NCBI GenBank assembly: GCA_050084515.1
Contig: CM114271.1
Coordinates: forward strand, 48,360,001 to 48,424,000
Length of the DNA stretch: 64,000 bases
Source: Blasia pusilla
Lineage: Eukaryota
Reading direction: 5' to 3'
Shown here piece after piece: positions 1 through 12,504 of the stretch. Position numbers and translations under genes: made by a program. Under the pieces are notes generated by a model that was not told the origin of the DNA, did no database searches, and saw only the letters and a list, made by a program, of their open reading frames with translations. Position 1 is the first letter of the stretch. Each line of letters opens with the position of its first letter.

Positions 1-230
1 CCCATAGTTTTTTTTTCCTCTTCCACATTTGGGCAACCCCTCTGAGTCTGATGAGTTGCAAATTGCACAAAATTTATAAAATTGAAAAAATCAATGGAAT
101 CATAAGTGTGGAACCAATCACTTTTTCCATCCAAGATCTGGGAAAAATCTATCATTTGCCCTGGGCTAAATAGAGTTGAAGCTCAAAGTGAAGGTTTTGG
201 AGAATGAATCTAAAACCTCATTTTGCATCC

Positions 231-1330
231 TTATAGTGGTTTGTTTAGAATACTTCGCACTTCTTTGAGGGACAGAATTGGTTGGTGGATTCCTACTCCT
301 ACCTCCGACTCTCTTAAAACTACAAGCAACACATAATACATGTGCTTATAAGGGAAATACCTTTTGCCACTTGTCTCTCTTTGGATAAAGTCATCATATG
401 AACATGTGGGAAAGCAACAGATGTGCACCACATACACCCGTGTGACACTTGAATTTACAGTGTTGTTCCTCACCCAATAATTCCTTCCTATTCCATTGCC
501 ACTATGGACATCTTTTGTGGCGATGATCTCCATTTTTGCCTCTTGAGCTGATGCAATTCGCTTTGCTCTCTCCACCGTTGGCCTACACATTCTGTTTCTC
601 TTCACCCCATCTCTAGACTCAAACAGAAATAATGGATTGAGATCATCCACCTTCTCCAGGTACATGTTGACATCAATCTTGGGTTGAATACGAAATGCAA
701 AGGTCTCTGTAATGCAAACATGCTCCGAACTTCCTCCGTCTACGAGTCTGAAACCGGCACTTCTAAGATTGTCCACTTCGTCTTAAGTGCAATTCGTACC
801 TGCGACAATGGGCCAAATCGTGGGGGTATTCCCCGGAGCTCCAATGGCAGCCGGATAAGAGTTCCAAAAAGCGCAAGATTCATTTGGGTAGAAGAAGTAC
901 TTTAATTGATCCCCGGTCCTCGTGAAATGATCAAAGGTTTTTCCCCAAAACCCAGGCAGTGGTCGTCCAGTCCTTGTACAGTTCATATTTAGGAAAGTGC
1001 CTCATGCTCTCCTAATGCCATCAGATCCTGCTCTGCAAGTGGGTCCACGTCCAGGGTTGCTCCGAGATATATGCCATCGTTTCAGGTTGCAATCCACCTC
1101 CATGACCGGAATCCCATATTGTTGAACCACCCCAGCCACCGGATGTTGCGAACTTCTAGCAACGGAGGGCTTGTGAAATAAAACATTCACTGATTTTGGA
1201 GAAGTTACTCCATGAGGGATTTGGGAGCAATCCAATTTGCATTGGGACACGGAAACAAAAAAAGGAACTGGGTGCTTCGCAACCCACGTTCCCAAATTCT
1301 GCAACCCATCGGACTCCAACACGTTGCAAC
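231..1330 (-). pseudogene. SWIM zinc-finger-containing fragment, probably the C-terminal half of a MULE-like transposase
   Basis: Consecutive - strand ORFs 1002-1322, 783-986 and 231-776 are separated by stops. The last contains YVVHICCFPTCSYDDF...PYKHMYYVL, a CxC-x(n)-CxH SWIM pattern with two Cys>Tyr changes. Confidence 0.6.
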
Positions 1331-1799
1331 AAAATTGAATCCATCATGTCAAATAGTCTCACCTACCAAACTTCATCTTGTCACTCAAATTCCGTCAGGA
1401 GAATCTGAGTCCCTATTCACTATAAATTGAACATTCTCATTCTCATTCTCATATCCATTCCCATTCTTATTCTCAGTCTCCTCCCAGTGAATCTTCTGGG
1501 AATGGATAATTATGTGAAGCTCACTTGTGGCAGTCATCTAGCGGCCCTTCCTCAATCAGAAATCGTTCGACCATAAGCTCGTGAGTCTTTCATACTAGTG
1601 GATGAAATTTTTCTCTCAGTTCGATTTCTTCTCCAAATTGGAACCATCTTTGTGTCGAAGGATGTTAGAGTGGACGGCACAAAGGACATAATAGGTGAGA
1701 TAATCCAGCTGGTGATTGCAGACCATAAAGTATGGAATCTCCTACCTCTAGCAAATGGTCAATACAGAGTTTACGGCTTGCCTCTGAATTCCTCAGTTT

Positions 1800-4652
1800 C
1801 CCAAGTAGACGGTAGAGAATTTCCTAGTGCACCGAGCTCTACGTTTGCAACTCCTAGCTCAGTAGATCCGGCATCGACTCCAACTTCATATGTTCGTTAC
1901 AATGTTGAACTTCCTGAAGAAATTCTTGATGTTTTCAACCTTAGTGGATCACTCAGACACCAATCGGGCCCTTTGTCCGCCTACTCGTTCCTCTTGCGAA
2001 TATCAGGCAATAGTTTGCTATCGTCTCTGGCCTTGAGAATGTTCAAGCACATTCTTGTTGACGAGCTGCCGCCCACGTACGATGGTAATTGCATTTTTGA
2101 GTTGCCTCCACTTGCTGCTCCTGCTCAAAAGAAAGATGGAGGACGCTTGAAGGGTATGGACAGAAAGTCTGATTGTCATCGATGGTGTAGGCTTCAACGG
2201 ACTAGTGCTTCAATTCCAGATGGTCCTTGGATTGTCTTCCGCCGCCAATGCGTTGGAGCCTTGGAGTGTAGAATTCCAGCATGCCCGTATCTAGAGCACA
2301 ATGGGCGGGTCAATACGTCACAATTCCCTCCCAAGAATGCAGAAACTCCATATGAGGCCGGTGCCACCATACCGCTGGGAGGCCATCGATGTCCTCATTG
2401 TCAGGCATCCCCTTTCTGCGTTGGAGCGTGTCCTGCATACATATTTTTCATTGTCCACAACTTGGGTTCCACCTCAGAGTACACAAGGTTGGCAGTTCAT
2501 GTTGGCTCCCACACTTATCCTGTGACCGATGCAATTCAGAGACACATCAAGGAGGATGTGGCGAAGAAAGTGGTCGAGGTCTTCATAAACTCTCCGAGTT
2601 CAAAGCCCGGAGTGATCAAGTTAACAACACCATCACAAATTTAGGAAAAATTGCTTGGAATCCTTGGACGGGGCGAGATGACGGTTGCTGAGGAGAAACA
2701 ACTCTGGGAAAATCTCGCATTTCTTGCTGATCTTGAATGCTTCCAAAATTTGATGCTTCCAAAATTTGATGGGTCAAATACGGATACTGGATGGAAAAAC
2801 GGCCAAAATGGATGCCATTGCCAGAATCAAGTCCAACTCTAGATTTCCATTCATTCAAAGATGGCAGTTCATGGGCCAGGGAGGCGAAGGATCCACGGCC
2901 TATGTCTTCAAAATGTCAACGACAGGTCCATCGAGTGGCCTCAATCTTATAGATCAAATGAGGGAAGGGGAAGATCTTTACGGCAGTTGGATAAGCGTTG
3001 ATATTTGCTATAGAGTGCTGAACGGATGGTTGACAATGGGTGGTCACGTTTATGACCATGTGGAGAAGGGACTCAAAACTATATTTTTCTGTGAAGTAAA
3101 AGCAGAAGACGTCGGCAGTTTGAAGATTTGTTGGTTACTCTTATTGGAGGTGGTGAAGGAAAACAAAAGGCCACCTCCGGAAATTTATGGGTTCATGGCA
3201 GACAATGCACAACCGGTTCATGGCGGACAATGCACAACCTGGGTGGATTGCTATCAGGGAAGTGTTTTGGGATGGGAAGGTTCAACCGGAGAGAGAAAGG
3301 TCGGATGCTTTCCATTGGCAACAGTCTCTAACCCGGTACACCAAATCTTGCATCAAGGAGAATTAGAGGACGGAGCATGTCACTCTACTCCAATGCTGTA
3401 AGGACAGCAAAACCTTGAAACATGCCATGGAATGCCAAGAACAAATTCATCGGTGGTGGAGGAAACATGCGATTGAGGGGAAGTACAAAGAGTTATGCTC
3501 TTGGTTGAGTTGGTGGACTGTACAAATGAGACAATGGGGAAACTTCATGCAGGAGGTGGGTTCACTAATTTGTCTCGTTGAAAATTGTTTGAAGAGTTGT
3601 AGCTAAAGGTGAGAAGTGTGGGCACTATAGGGATTTCAAACCGAAGAAACCAAGCAACTTCTCGGATACGACAGATTGCCTCCCTGAGTGTTCAACCCGT
3701 CGCTTACCGACGGGTTGCCTGAGTGTGCAACCAGTCGGAAACCGACGGGTTGCAAGTCGCACGGTCAAATTTACTTGCAATCCGTCGGAATTGGACGGGT
3801 TGGTTGAGAGTGAAACCAGTCGGAAAAGGACGGGTTGAGGGGTTGCCTGAGTGTGCAACCACTCAGAAAAGGACGGGTTGCAAGTCGCATGGCCAAATTT
3901 ACTTGCAACCCGTCGAAATCCGACGGGTTACAATAGGTGGTTCGTGGGCGTTGCAACACGTCAGGAACCGACAGGTCGCAGGGTCGTTCATGGGATGCCT
4001 TGGCCTTGTAACCCGTCTGGTTCCGACATGTAGCTTATTTCTTTGTCACACATCCCCTTTTTGTTCCCTTCTCACATTGGGGTCGTTGCAGGGATTGAAC
4101 ATTCATGAAAATGCCTTCTGCCCCAACACAAGTGGAGCAGAAAGTGTTCATTCTTCTTGGAGGTCATCACAAGCATGCCAAAGAATTTCACTTGTGGAGG
4201 CATGCCAACAAGAACAGGCAAGAGTAATGCTGCAGTCTGCAGCATCCCATATCTTCCTCACAAAAGGCATAACAAAAGGAAGGGGGCCTTCGATCTACGA
4301 GCTCTATATCAGGGCGGTTGTGAGATCAAGTGATGAGAAACTCTATATGGAAGCCTTCAACCGGTGCGTAGCAGGAATTCCCCTCGAGCAAGACGTACAC
4401 ATTGGTAGGGATATTTTTGGGTGCGTGTCAAGACCTCCCATACAGATGGTGGTAGAGCAGTCCGAGCAAGACTCGTGGAGACTAGATAAGTATCTTGACT
4501 TCAAGCATGTGAAGAGGCAGCATCAAGGAATGAACCCGGTGATTTATTTGGATGAGGAAATTACGCCGCCCAGGTATTCGGAAGTCTTCAGGATGCACGA
4601 AATTGGGGATGTCGTCCCTACCTGCGGCCACTGCATCATAGACCGGGCGTAG
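1800..4652 (+). mobile_element. MULE/Mutator-like DDE transposase pseudogene with one intron
   Basis: Cys/His-rich N-terminus (CVGALEC..CPY, CPHC..CPA..HVGSH). DDE core ISVDICY...GFMADNA...DAFHW...NTSGAESVHSSW. Phase-0 GT..AG intron 3556-4091 joins ...NFMQE to GLNIHEN... Frameshifts near 2640, 2760 and 3220. Confidence 0.7.
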
Positions 4653-5159
4653 ATTTTTCTCGGAGGAGCAAGCCCTCGAGACAGTGGAGTTGGTGTCCAA
4701 GGTCGTCACCGCCAAGGAAAAATCTACAGCGGGTCTCAAAGCCAAGGCGAGGGGATCGAAGAATTCCAAGGCCGAGTCTTCCCAAAAATAGGCTGAGAAT
4801 TCAAGGCGAGAGGTGGAATCATCTGGGTGAGCGGGGAGAGAGGGTCGGACCAGGTCCTCCACCAAAAAAACTCCACCAGAGTCAGAGGTAATAGAGACCC
4901 CAACAAGCCGATCGCAGACTCGGGAGAAGCGGAAGCAAGAGTCGCAGGTTTGTCCCAGGGAGCATACCAAGATGTGGAATACACTCCATCATCCGTGGGA
5001 AGACATAGAGAAACAACGACCCAGACAAGCGTCATCATTCAGTGCACGAATCTTCTGGATGAGCTGCAAAGTTTCAGTTCCCAAGCGTCGACACCCACCA
5101 TCGACAAATTGACAACGCTGGGACGAAAGCTTCAACAAAATGGGCTCGCTCCCTGGATG

Positions 5160-6524
5160 GTCCATGGGGAGGTCGAGGAGGTGGCGGTGGATCTCCTCGT
5201 CGCTGATTTACCCTCGGGGTTGCGCTTGTGGGACGAGAATCGGTCTAACGATGTCCCAGACTGGAATGTCCCTCTTTCTTATGACCAGATCGCGCTCCTG
5301 TTTTCCTTTGCAGAAAATTATCTCAGTGACAAGGGTTGTTTCTTAGTCTTGACAGGAGGGATCAAGGATGAGCTCTTCAACTTGCAATTCATCAAGAGGT
5401 CGCTGAAGTGGAGGACGGCGCAATCGTGGGTCATCAAGAACGAGTACCCACTCTGATCAGCGACGAGTCAAATCCGGGTAAGGCCTCTAAATCCATATCC
5501 AAATTGTCTTGCTCCGACGGGTTGCATCTCTGCATGCAACCCGTCGGATTGTCTGAGCTAGAGACTTTGGTGGTGCAATCCGTCTGAAAGCGACGGGTTG
5601 CAAATTTATCGCAAGTCTCCATTGGGTGAATGAAACCCGTCGAAACTCAACGGGTTGCAAGTGCTTATGCTTTTCCTTGTGTTTCTGGATGATGCAACCG
5701 GTCTGAAAGCGATGGGTTGCTCTTAGCCAACCATAGGCTGTTCTAAGCCAGCAAACTGTCGCCTTCCGACGGGTTGCTTATGGCAAAAAAAATCACTAAT
5801 ACTTGTAAAACAACCCGTCGGACTCCGACAGGTTGCTCCAATGTTAGGACTATAACTAAGTTCTTTGGGGTTAAGCGAAGTTCTTTGGGGACGAGTTGCA
5901 CATTGTGTCACCATACTCATGGTAGACCTTTCTTGTTGTTGGATACTGAAATTAGCTCTTTCTTGTTGCTGACATTGTTTCCAACCTGCTTCTTTACAGA
6001 TGGACCACTCCTTTGTCTACTGTTTTGTAAGGCCCGAGCACAACTTCCAAGTGTTTCAGATCCTCGATCCAGTGGATCCATGCTCCGATGGGTACACCTT
6101 AGATAGTTTATACAATTCCCCCCCGGGAATTTACATGCAAAATGGTACCCCCTTACTTGGAGGAAGGAAAAAGTCGCCAGTGCTGATGCAAACGCTCATC
6201 AAGCTCTGCTCAAGGCCGGGTGACTTGGTGTTCGACTTAGTGGGCCTTTCAGGGGTGAGTATAAGAGGCGCCTGGCATAGTGGCAGGAACATTCTCTGCC
6301 TTGAGGGAAGGCAGGAATTGTTTGACCTTTGCAAAGAGGCAAAGGGAGATTACGACAGGCTAGATGGGGTGTACAACTCTCCTCCGAAGCCGAGAGCTCC
6401 GGTTCCAAACCCACCATTGGTATTGACACCATCGTCACTTCCCACGATTCCGAAAATCGGGAGGGCAAGGCCGATAGTGATTCTCGAAGAGGTCTCGGAC
6501 GATGACAATTTTTTTGAACGATGA
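5160..6524 (+). pseudogene. Beta-class N4-cytosine/N6-adenine DNA methyltransferase-like domain (N6_N4_Mtase), two exons
   Basis: VDLLVADLPSG resembles motif IV (DPPY-like). It precedes KKSPVLMQTLIKLCSRPGDLVFDLVGLSG...GRNILCLE, resembling motifs X/I/II (KP..L..LI..S.PGD.V.D.FxGxG..GR...E). Phase-0 intron 5478-5999 keeps the frame. One in-frame TGA at 5454-5456. Confidence 0.7.
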
Positions 6525-7530
6525 TGGTGTTTGTAAAAGTTTGTCTTGTCGATTGTGATCGTCTACGTACTCCAATAGTTCATATTGCAACCCGTCGGAT
6601 TGCCACGGGTTGCAACTTTTGACTTTTTGACCACTGCATCTTTTTAACCACTTCCAAGCAACCTGTCAGATTCCGACAGGTTGGCTATGTGAGTGATCGG
6701 ACTCTTTCCCTATTAGTCCAACTTTATAGGCATTCCGGCGGGCTTCTTCACTTTGGCACCTTCCCCTAGTTCCGTCAAACAAGTCTTAGGCTTCCTCTCT
6801 TCTCTAAGACGTGTTGGATTCCTGCTACTTGTCGGGTTGCCATGATGGTGTCCCCAAGGACGGAGCACATATTGATAGCGGATGGGTGTTACCTTGCAGA
6901 GCGTACAAGATTTATTGCTGAGGAAGGCGGTGGGACTCAAATCATGTTACATGGGACCGTTATGGTGTACCTAGGGGGTGCCAAGGCTCTCGAATTCGCC
7001 AAAAATTTCAATCCCTGTCTACAATCGGCCAGAGGAGGCACTTGTATCCCAGGACATTCCTTTTGTACACGAACGTAGGAGAGTTAGGAGTAAATTTGTA
7101 GATGACGAGACTGAAGAAATCATAGACTAGATCAAATGTACATTTTCGAGCTTCCTTCGGATGTAATAAGGACAAGATTTTTTCAAATGATAATGATGTT
7201 TGTAAAAGTTTGTTGAATATTTTTTTTGGACTTGTCGATTGTGTTCATCTAGCTACTCAGAATATTTATTTTGCAACCCGTCGGATTCCAACGGGTTGCA
7301 ACTTCTCACTTTTTCACCACTGCAACTTTTTAACCATTTCCAGGCCAAGATGTCGGATTCCGACAGGTTGGCTGCTTGAGTGATCGGACTCTTTCCCTAT
7401 AAGACCAACTTCTGAGGTATTGTGGCGGGCTTCTTCACTATTGGCTCGTTCCCCTAGTATCGTCAAACCAATCGTAGGCTTCTCTTCTTCTCTAAGACGT
7501 GCTGGATTCCTACTACTATCAGATTGCCAT
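6520..7530 (+). repeat. Diverged ~330 bp direct duplication (6520-6845 vs 7190-7530)
   Basis: Shared blocks tgtaaaagtttgt, ttgcaacccgtcggatt, gagtgatcggactctttccctat and ttctctaagacgtg occur in the same order in both copies. Confidence 0.85.
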
Positions 7531-8599
7531 TTCGGATCCCAACCAGTTGGATTTTCGTGGGTGTAGGGTGGAATGGAATCACTTCTCAAAATCTTTCCTT
7601 TGTTATGGTGAGCTTGCTTGCAAGGGTGCAAGCCATCTGTTTTCGATGGGTTGCAAGAGTTGCAACCTATAAAATTCCGACAGATTGGGAGGGGTGCAGT
7701 TTCTCGGTTTCTCAGATTTAGGATCTGAATGAAGGGACATCAGTTCCTCTTTACTCCAGACAGCTAACAATCTTTTGGTTCAATTATCGTCTCATGTGTT
7801 CACATTTCACAAATTTGGTCTTGAGCTGATACCATGCATTATGGGGCAATTCAAAGGAGGCCATGATGTAGGCAAAAATCCTTGAAAAAGGAGTGGTTGG
7901 CATCGTACCCGATGCGCATTCGGGTGAGGTCTCATGATACATTAACACTTCAGAGACACTTGGGAATGGGGGAAGCTTAAAATTCTCATTTTGGTACTAT
8001 GTTCCCAATGGTTTTCCATAATGTATAATGAGTATTGATGCCTTCTACAAGAAGAGTCAACAATCATTTACAGGCATTTTCTTGTGCCTTTCTTTTGCAA
8101 GAAGAGATGTCAATCCATAATGTCAACCAAATATTCCGAGAAGTTAAACCTTGAAAAGCACCACAGTCTGTTGAGACCATCGTTAGAGTCTTTATTTGAA
8201 CCTTTCATTGAGATGAGATTGCTACTTCTCGTCAAATTATTTGCCAATGGTCCTCCAACAAAAATACCCCTTGGCACAACTTATTGTAGACTGAGACAGG
8301 CAATGTGAAGAAACTTAGGCTCATATGGAGAGTGATGGACAAATGTTTGTAGTGGTCTTATGATGTCTACTTGTTTTTTTCCCCCTGGAAAAAGAGGTTT
8401 CTTTAGGCCCGAATGTGGACCACTACATACTCTCTTCTAAAGATTTCATGAATTTGAAAGCAAACAAAAATTTCAAATATGTCAAAAAATTTTGAAGAGA
8501 GGAGGCAGATTTGGCCCTTTTTTTGAAGAGAGACTCTCCTCTCTTCCTTTTTCCTGCCAGAATACCAGCCCCCGCAAATAGCGCACTCTCTTGCAGAGT

Positions 8600-9188
8600 A
8601 GACGAGCTACCGTTGCCTACCGGCGCATCTCTTCACTGATCAATAGAGGAACTAACTCTTGAAAGGTTGGATACTTCTCTCTCACAAAGATAGAGGTCTC
8701 AAAGGACTTGTAATCCTTTGGAAGGCCTTGAAGAGTTAATAAAATCAGATTATCATCTTCTATTGTTATTCCCATGCTATTCAACTGATCAACAATATGT
8801 CTGATACTCAAAATATAATCATTGATGCTCTGCGATCCTTTCCTCACTTCGTTCAATAGCTATTTCAATTGAAGCTTTCCGGCCTTTGTAGATGTGTGGA
8901 ACAACATTTCCAATGCATCCTAGGCCTCCTTCGGAATATCAACATCTTGAATATAACCTATCATTGGCAAAGTGATCGTTATTGAAATGTAGTGGATTAC
9001 TTGCCTTGTGCGTTTGTTCCAAGCGCGAACATTCAAGTCTATTGAGTCACCTTCTGGCTTGGCCTCATTACCTTTGACAAGCTCCCATAGTTTTTGACCC
9101 ATGAGAAATTGTTTCATGGAAAAATCCAGACATTGTGGTTCTGCTTATCTAGCTTGTCGCTTGTGATTGCTATTGAGGAATACTCCAT
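8600..9188 (-). mobile_element. Ty1/Copia gag fragment (UBN2-type)
   Basis: DKLDKQNHNVWIFSMKQFLMGQKLWELVKG...SINDYILSIRHIVDQLNSMG...LQGLPKDYKSF...LISEEMR, with in-frame stops. Confidence 0.8.
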
Positions 9189-11459
9189 GATGAACGATTT
9201 CACTCACAAAAACGTGATTTCAGGCTTTCTATTGGTCCAATTGAAGCATAGACCACTCCTACACAGAAATCGACGTGAAATTTGCCAAAATTGATCAACT
9301 CTATGAAAGAACTAGTCGAAACTGGCCTGTAGAGAGCAAACTGCACAACTTTTCTTCACTAATTGCACTTTCCTACACTGAAATTGCTACTCCAGAAGCT
9401 CAGAGTGTCAAAATTGAGCGATTTTGGGTGCATTGGAAAGCTCTCAACAAACTCTGCAAGACGGCTAAAACCAGACTTTGATGTCATTGTAGCCATTGCA
9501 GACCCAGATGCCTAAATCGATCGGGAAAGCCTTCAAAATTGCCTCCAAAGTTTTATCACCGTCAAAGCTCCAGATGAAATCTACACCCACTGAGCTCTGA
9601 ATAAAAATTCCTTCTCCCAAACTGAAATTTTGCCTTCTTAACCCTAACGTTAACCATAATCTCAAGTTAGACTAATTGTGATAAACTAACCATAGTTAAG
9701 ATAATCTTGCTTAATTGACTAACCAAGATTAAGCTTCCCTACTTTGTGTGAGTACCAAATGTACCAGTTCAGGTGTCTCATGAGTTTGATTGTAACTCAA
9801 TCTTCAATACGGATCGAGGGCGAGAGAGGGCATCAGAGCGAGAAGCCGGTCCGGATGGGCCTAGAGATTGTGCATCAGGTGGTCTCATTGGGGGATGAGG
9901 AGCTAGAGTTGTCTGACAGGATGATGAAGCTGCCCATGGAGGAGGTAGAGTCCCACCACCTAGATGCATCAAGGAAGACGCCAAGCGCTAGGATGGCTGC
10001 TCACATGCAGCAGTTATAGGAGCAGATTTTGACTATGACATTGAGGTTACCCGATGCCGGATCTGTGGCATCGACATCATATGGAGCAGCCAGAGATATG
10101 GAGGATCTTGGTTGGATATGCGGGGTTGCCCCAATGGAGGCCGCCATAGTTTTGACGTGTGGAGCAGCCGTAGAGTTGGATCCACAACGAGAGGAAGCCA
10201 AAAAATAGACCAGACTTCCTGAGTCTTTCACGTTGTGGGAGGCGATGAGGATCCCATCGATGGGTCCTGATCAGAGTTCTCAAAGAGTTGGTGATATTAT
10301 TGGTGTGCAAGTACAAAGGATAATGGGAGAAACAAGTGCGATGACTTCTATTGCTGATGCTCGGGAGGAGCATATGTCGAGTACGATGTTGGGGGCGGCC
10401 ACGATGGTGTACCGTGCTCCGCTATTTTTTTCTTTTGATTTTATGACATTGGAAGGCACACCCGCCGAGGTGTTTCGGCTGGCTGTTACGCTATGTGAGC
10501 TTGGAGTTGGAGATCTTGCATCACGTTTAGAGGTGATTGCAGAGGAGGTGATGGACTTGCCCTTGGAGCGGATGCTCGGGCCGTCCACGTCAGATTCATG
10601 GCACGTTGCGGCTACTAGGATGGGAGAGATGCTTGCTAGACCCACGATAGAGCGTGCCATGGCTTCTCCTGGTGTTGTGTTGCTGGATAACCGGGGAGAG
10701 GTCTTCTAGTTGGTGAATCCTAGAGGTAGAGCCTTTAGTCTGCAGCGCGTCTTGTTGGATTCAGGAGCGCAACCCCTGATGTTGGGGAAAGCGTCATTCG
10801 AGGATTGGCCTTAACGAGAGCCGATGTGGAGCGTTGTCCATTTTAGATACAAACATCCTTGGGTGGAGCGAGTACCACACAGTATATCATCCGAGAGGAA
10901 GGCATGGTGAGGATTTTCCCCGGATATCCTACAGATGAGTCCGTGGTGCGAGCCAAGGCAATAGTGACTGATGCAGAGTCCTACGACGTCTTGGTTGGTG
11001 GAGTAGTGTAACAACTGATGGGGTTTTCCCTGAATAACTAGGAGGAGTGAGCGTCCTACAGACGAGGATGGCAGTGAGGTGATGGGTGCCTTAGCTCGTT
11101 ACCCGTTCGATTCACAAGTGCAGTGATCGAGTGACGCCCAGGGGAGATGGTGACATTTAGCAGTGCCATCACTTGGCCTAGTGATTTGATTGAGGGACAT
11201 GTCCATGTAGAGGATACTCTCGTTCCTGACATTTCTATGGAGAGGAGTGTTATGGTATCTGCATCAATCCGTGGGGGAGAGGTGCCGCTTTGGGGCTCGA
11301 CTGAGGAGCTTCGACGCTTAGCCACTGAGCATGTGCAGACCGCATGGAGCAAGACGTTTGCACCAGAGTGTGACGGGTCAAAGGAACCCCAGGTAGGAAG
11401 GAGTGTTTCTATGACCTCTTTGGACACCATCTTGATTGTGTGATGCATCCCAGAGGAGG

Positions 11460-12380
11460 GTATTTGGGTGTTGGATCTCTTTGGAGGGATCAGCAGTAGG
11501 TTAGCTGCTGTTTTGCACGAACAAAAATACATGTATGTGGAGATTGATGATGTTGCGAGGCGCGATTAACTTCATAATATGGCGCAATTACGCCTCCGTT
11601 TTCCGAGTTTTTGTCTACGTTCGCCATTTAGGGTTACCAGAGTTCCCTACCGAGGGACATTTCATTGTTGGGGGCGTAGGAATTGGAGCGCGTAAAGACC
11701 ATAGACTTGGTCATTGCTCGTTGGCCATGTTAGGGCTAGTCGAGTGCTGGATGGGGTAGCGGATTAGCTGATTCTCGGTCCAGGTTATTTTGGGAGATGA
11801 TGTAGATCTTGCGAAACTTGCAGGAGCATCAATCTCGTCCTCCGACATATATTTTGGAGAATGTACCGATTTTGGGCGATTGGAGGTCCTGTGTAGTGAG
11901 AAGTGCACATCAAGTGCATGCATGGATCGGCCTGGTAGCTTTTTTGGATGCCGCGAGTGTGGGTTCACGAGCACATTACCTGCGTCTTTGGTGGACCAAT
12001 TTGGTACCACACGAGGTGTTGCGGAGGGCATATGCGAGAGTGGAGCGTCCCTCCGATTTGTTGATGGATTCTATATTGGATCCGGGCCGTCGATCACAGG
12101 CAGTGAGGCTAGATAATTGACCATCGTTAACTATGGTCAACAGGATTGGCATGCCACGGGCAGCCTTTCCCACATTGGTGAGTTTTCCTGCTTCCTATGC
12201 ATTCAAGGAGGCCGGACTTGGCTTGGTTTGGGATGACCAGGTACAAAGGTTGGTGGAGGCCAACGCCAATAAGCGAGCGTGAGTGATGGGATTTCCCACA
12301 GGAGTGACGGCAGTAGGGTCACTATCAGAGGCATCACGACGTCATGTCTTGGGTCAGGCGATGGACTTGAACTGCTTAAC
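11460..12380 (+). pseudogene. C5-cytosine DNA methyltransferase domain inside the pol of copy A
   Basis: Motifs in canonical order: VLDLFGGIS (I), LVIARWPC*G (IV), YILENVP (VI), LRLWWTN (VIII), MGFP (IX), VLGQAMDL (X). Disrupted by stops and frameshifts. Confidence 0.85.
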
Positions 12381-12504
12381 ATGGATTTTCAGCTTAGGAG
12401 TAGCTGAGCTACGTTGTTTCAGGATGCGACAGATCACAACAGTTGCGTTGGTGAACCCCATGCCTACCAAGACGGTTGAGGCGGTGGCTGGGGCTGAGAC
12501 CCGA

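Larger units (their letters stand above)
3660..7690. repeat. Dispersed palindromic motif TTGCAACCCGTCGG / CCGACGGGTTGCAA
   Basis: Many exact or near copies in both orientations, clustered at 3690-4030, 5510-5840, 6585-6690, 7270-7375 and 7610-7690. Confidence 0.85.

Noticed and set aside
7821-7840. TGGTATCAG PBS-like site on the - strand
   Set aside because: It lies downstream of the Copia gag fragment rather than upstream, and no paired LTR was seen.
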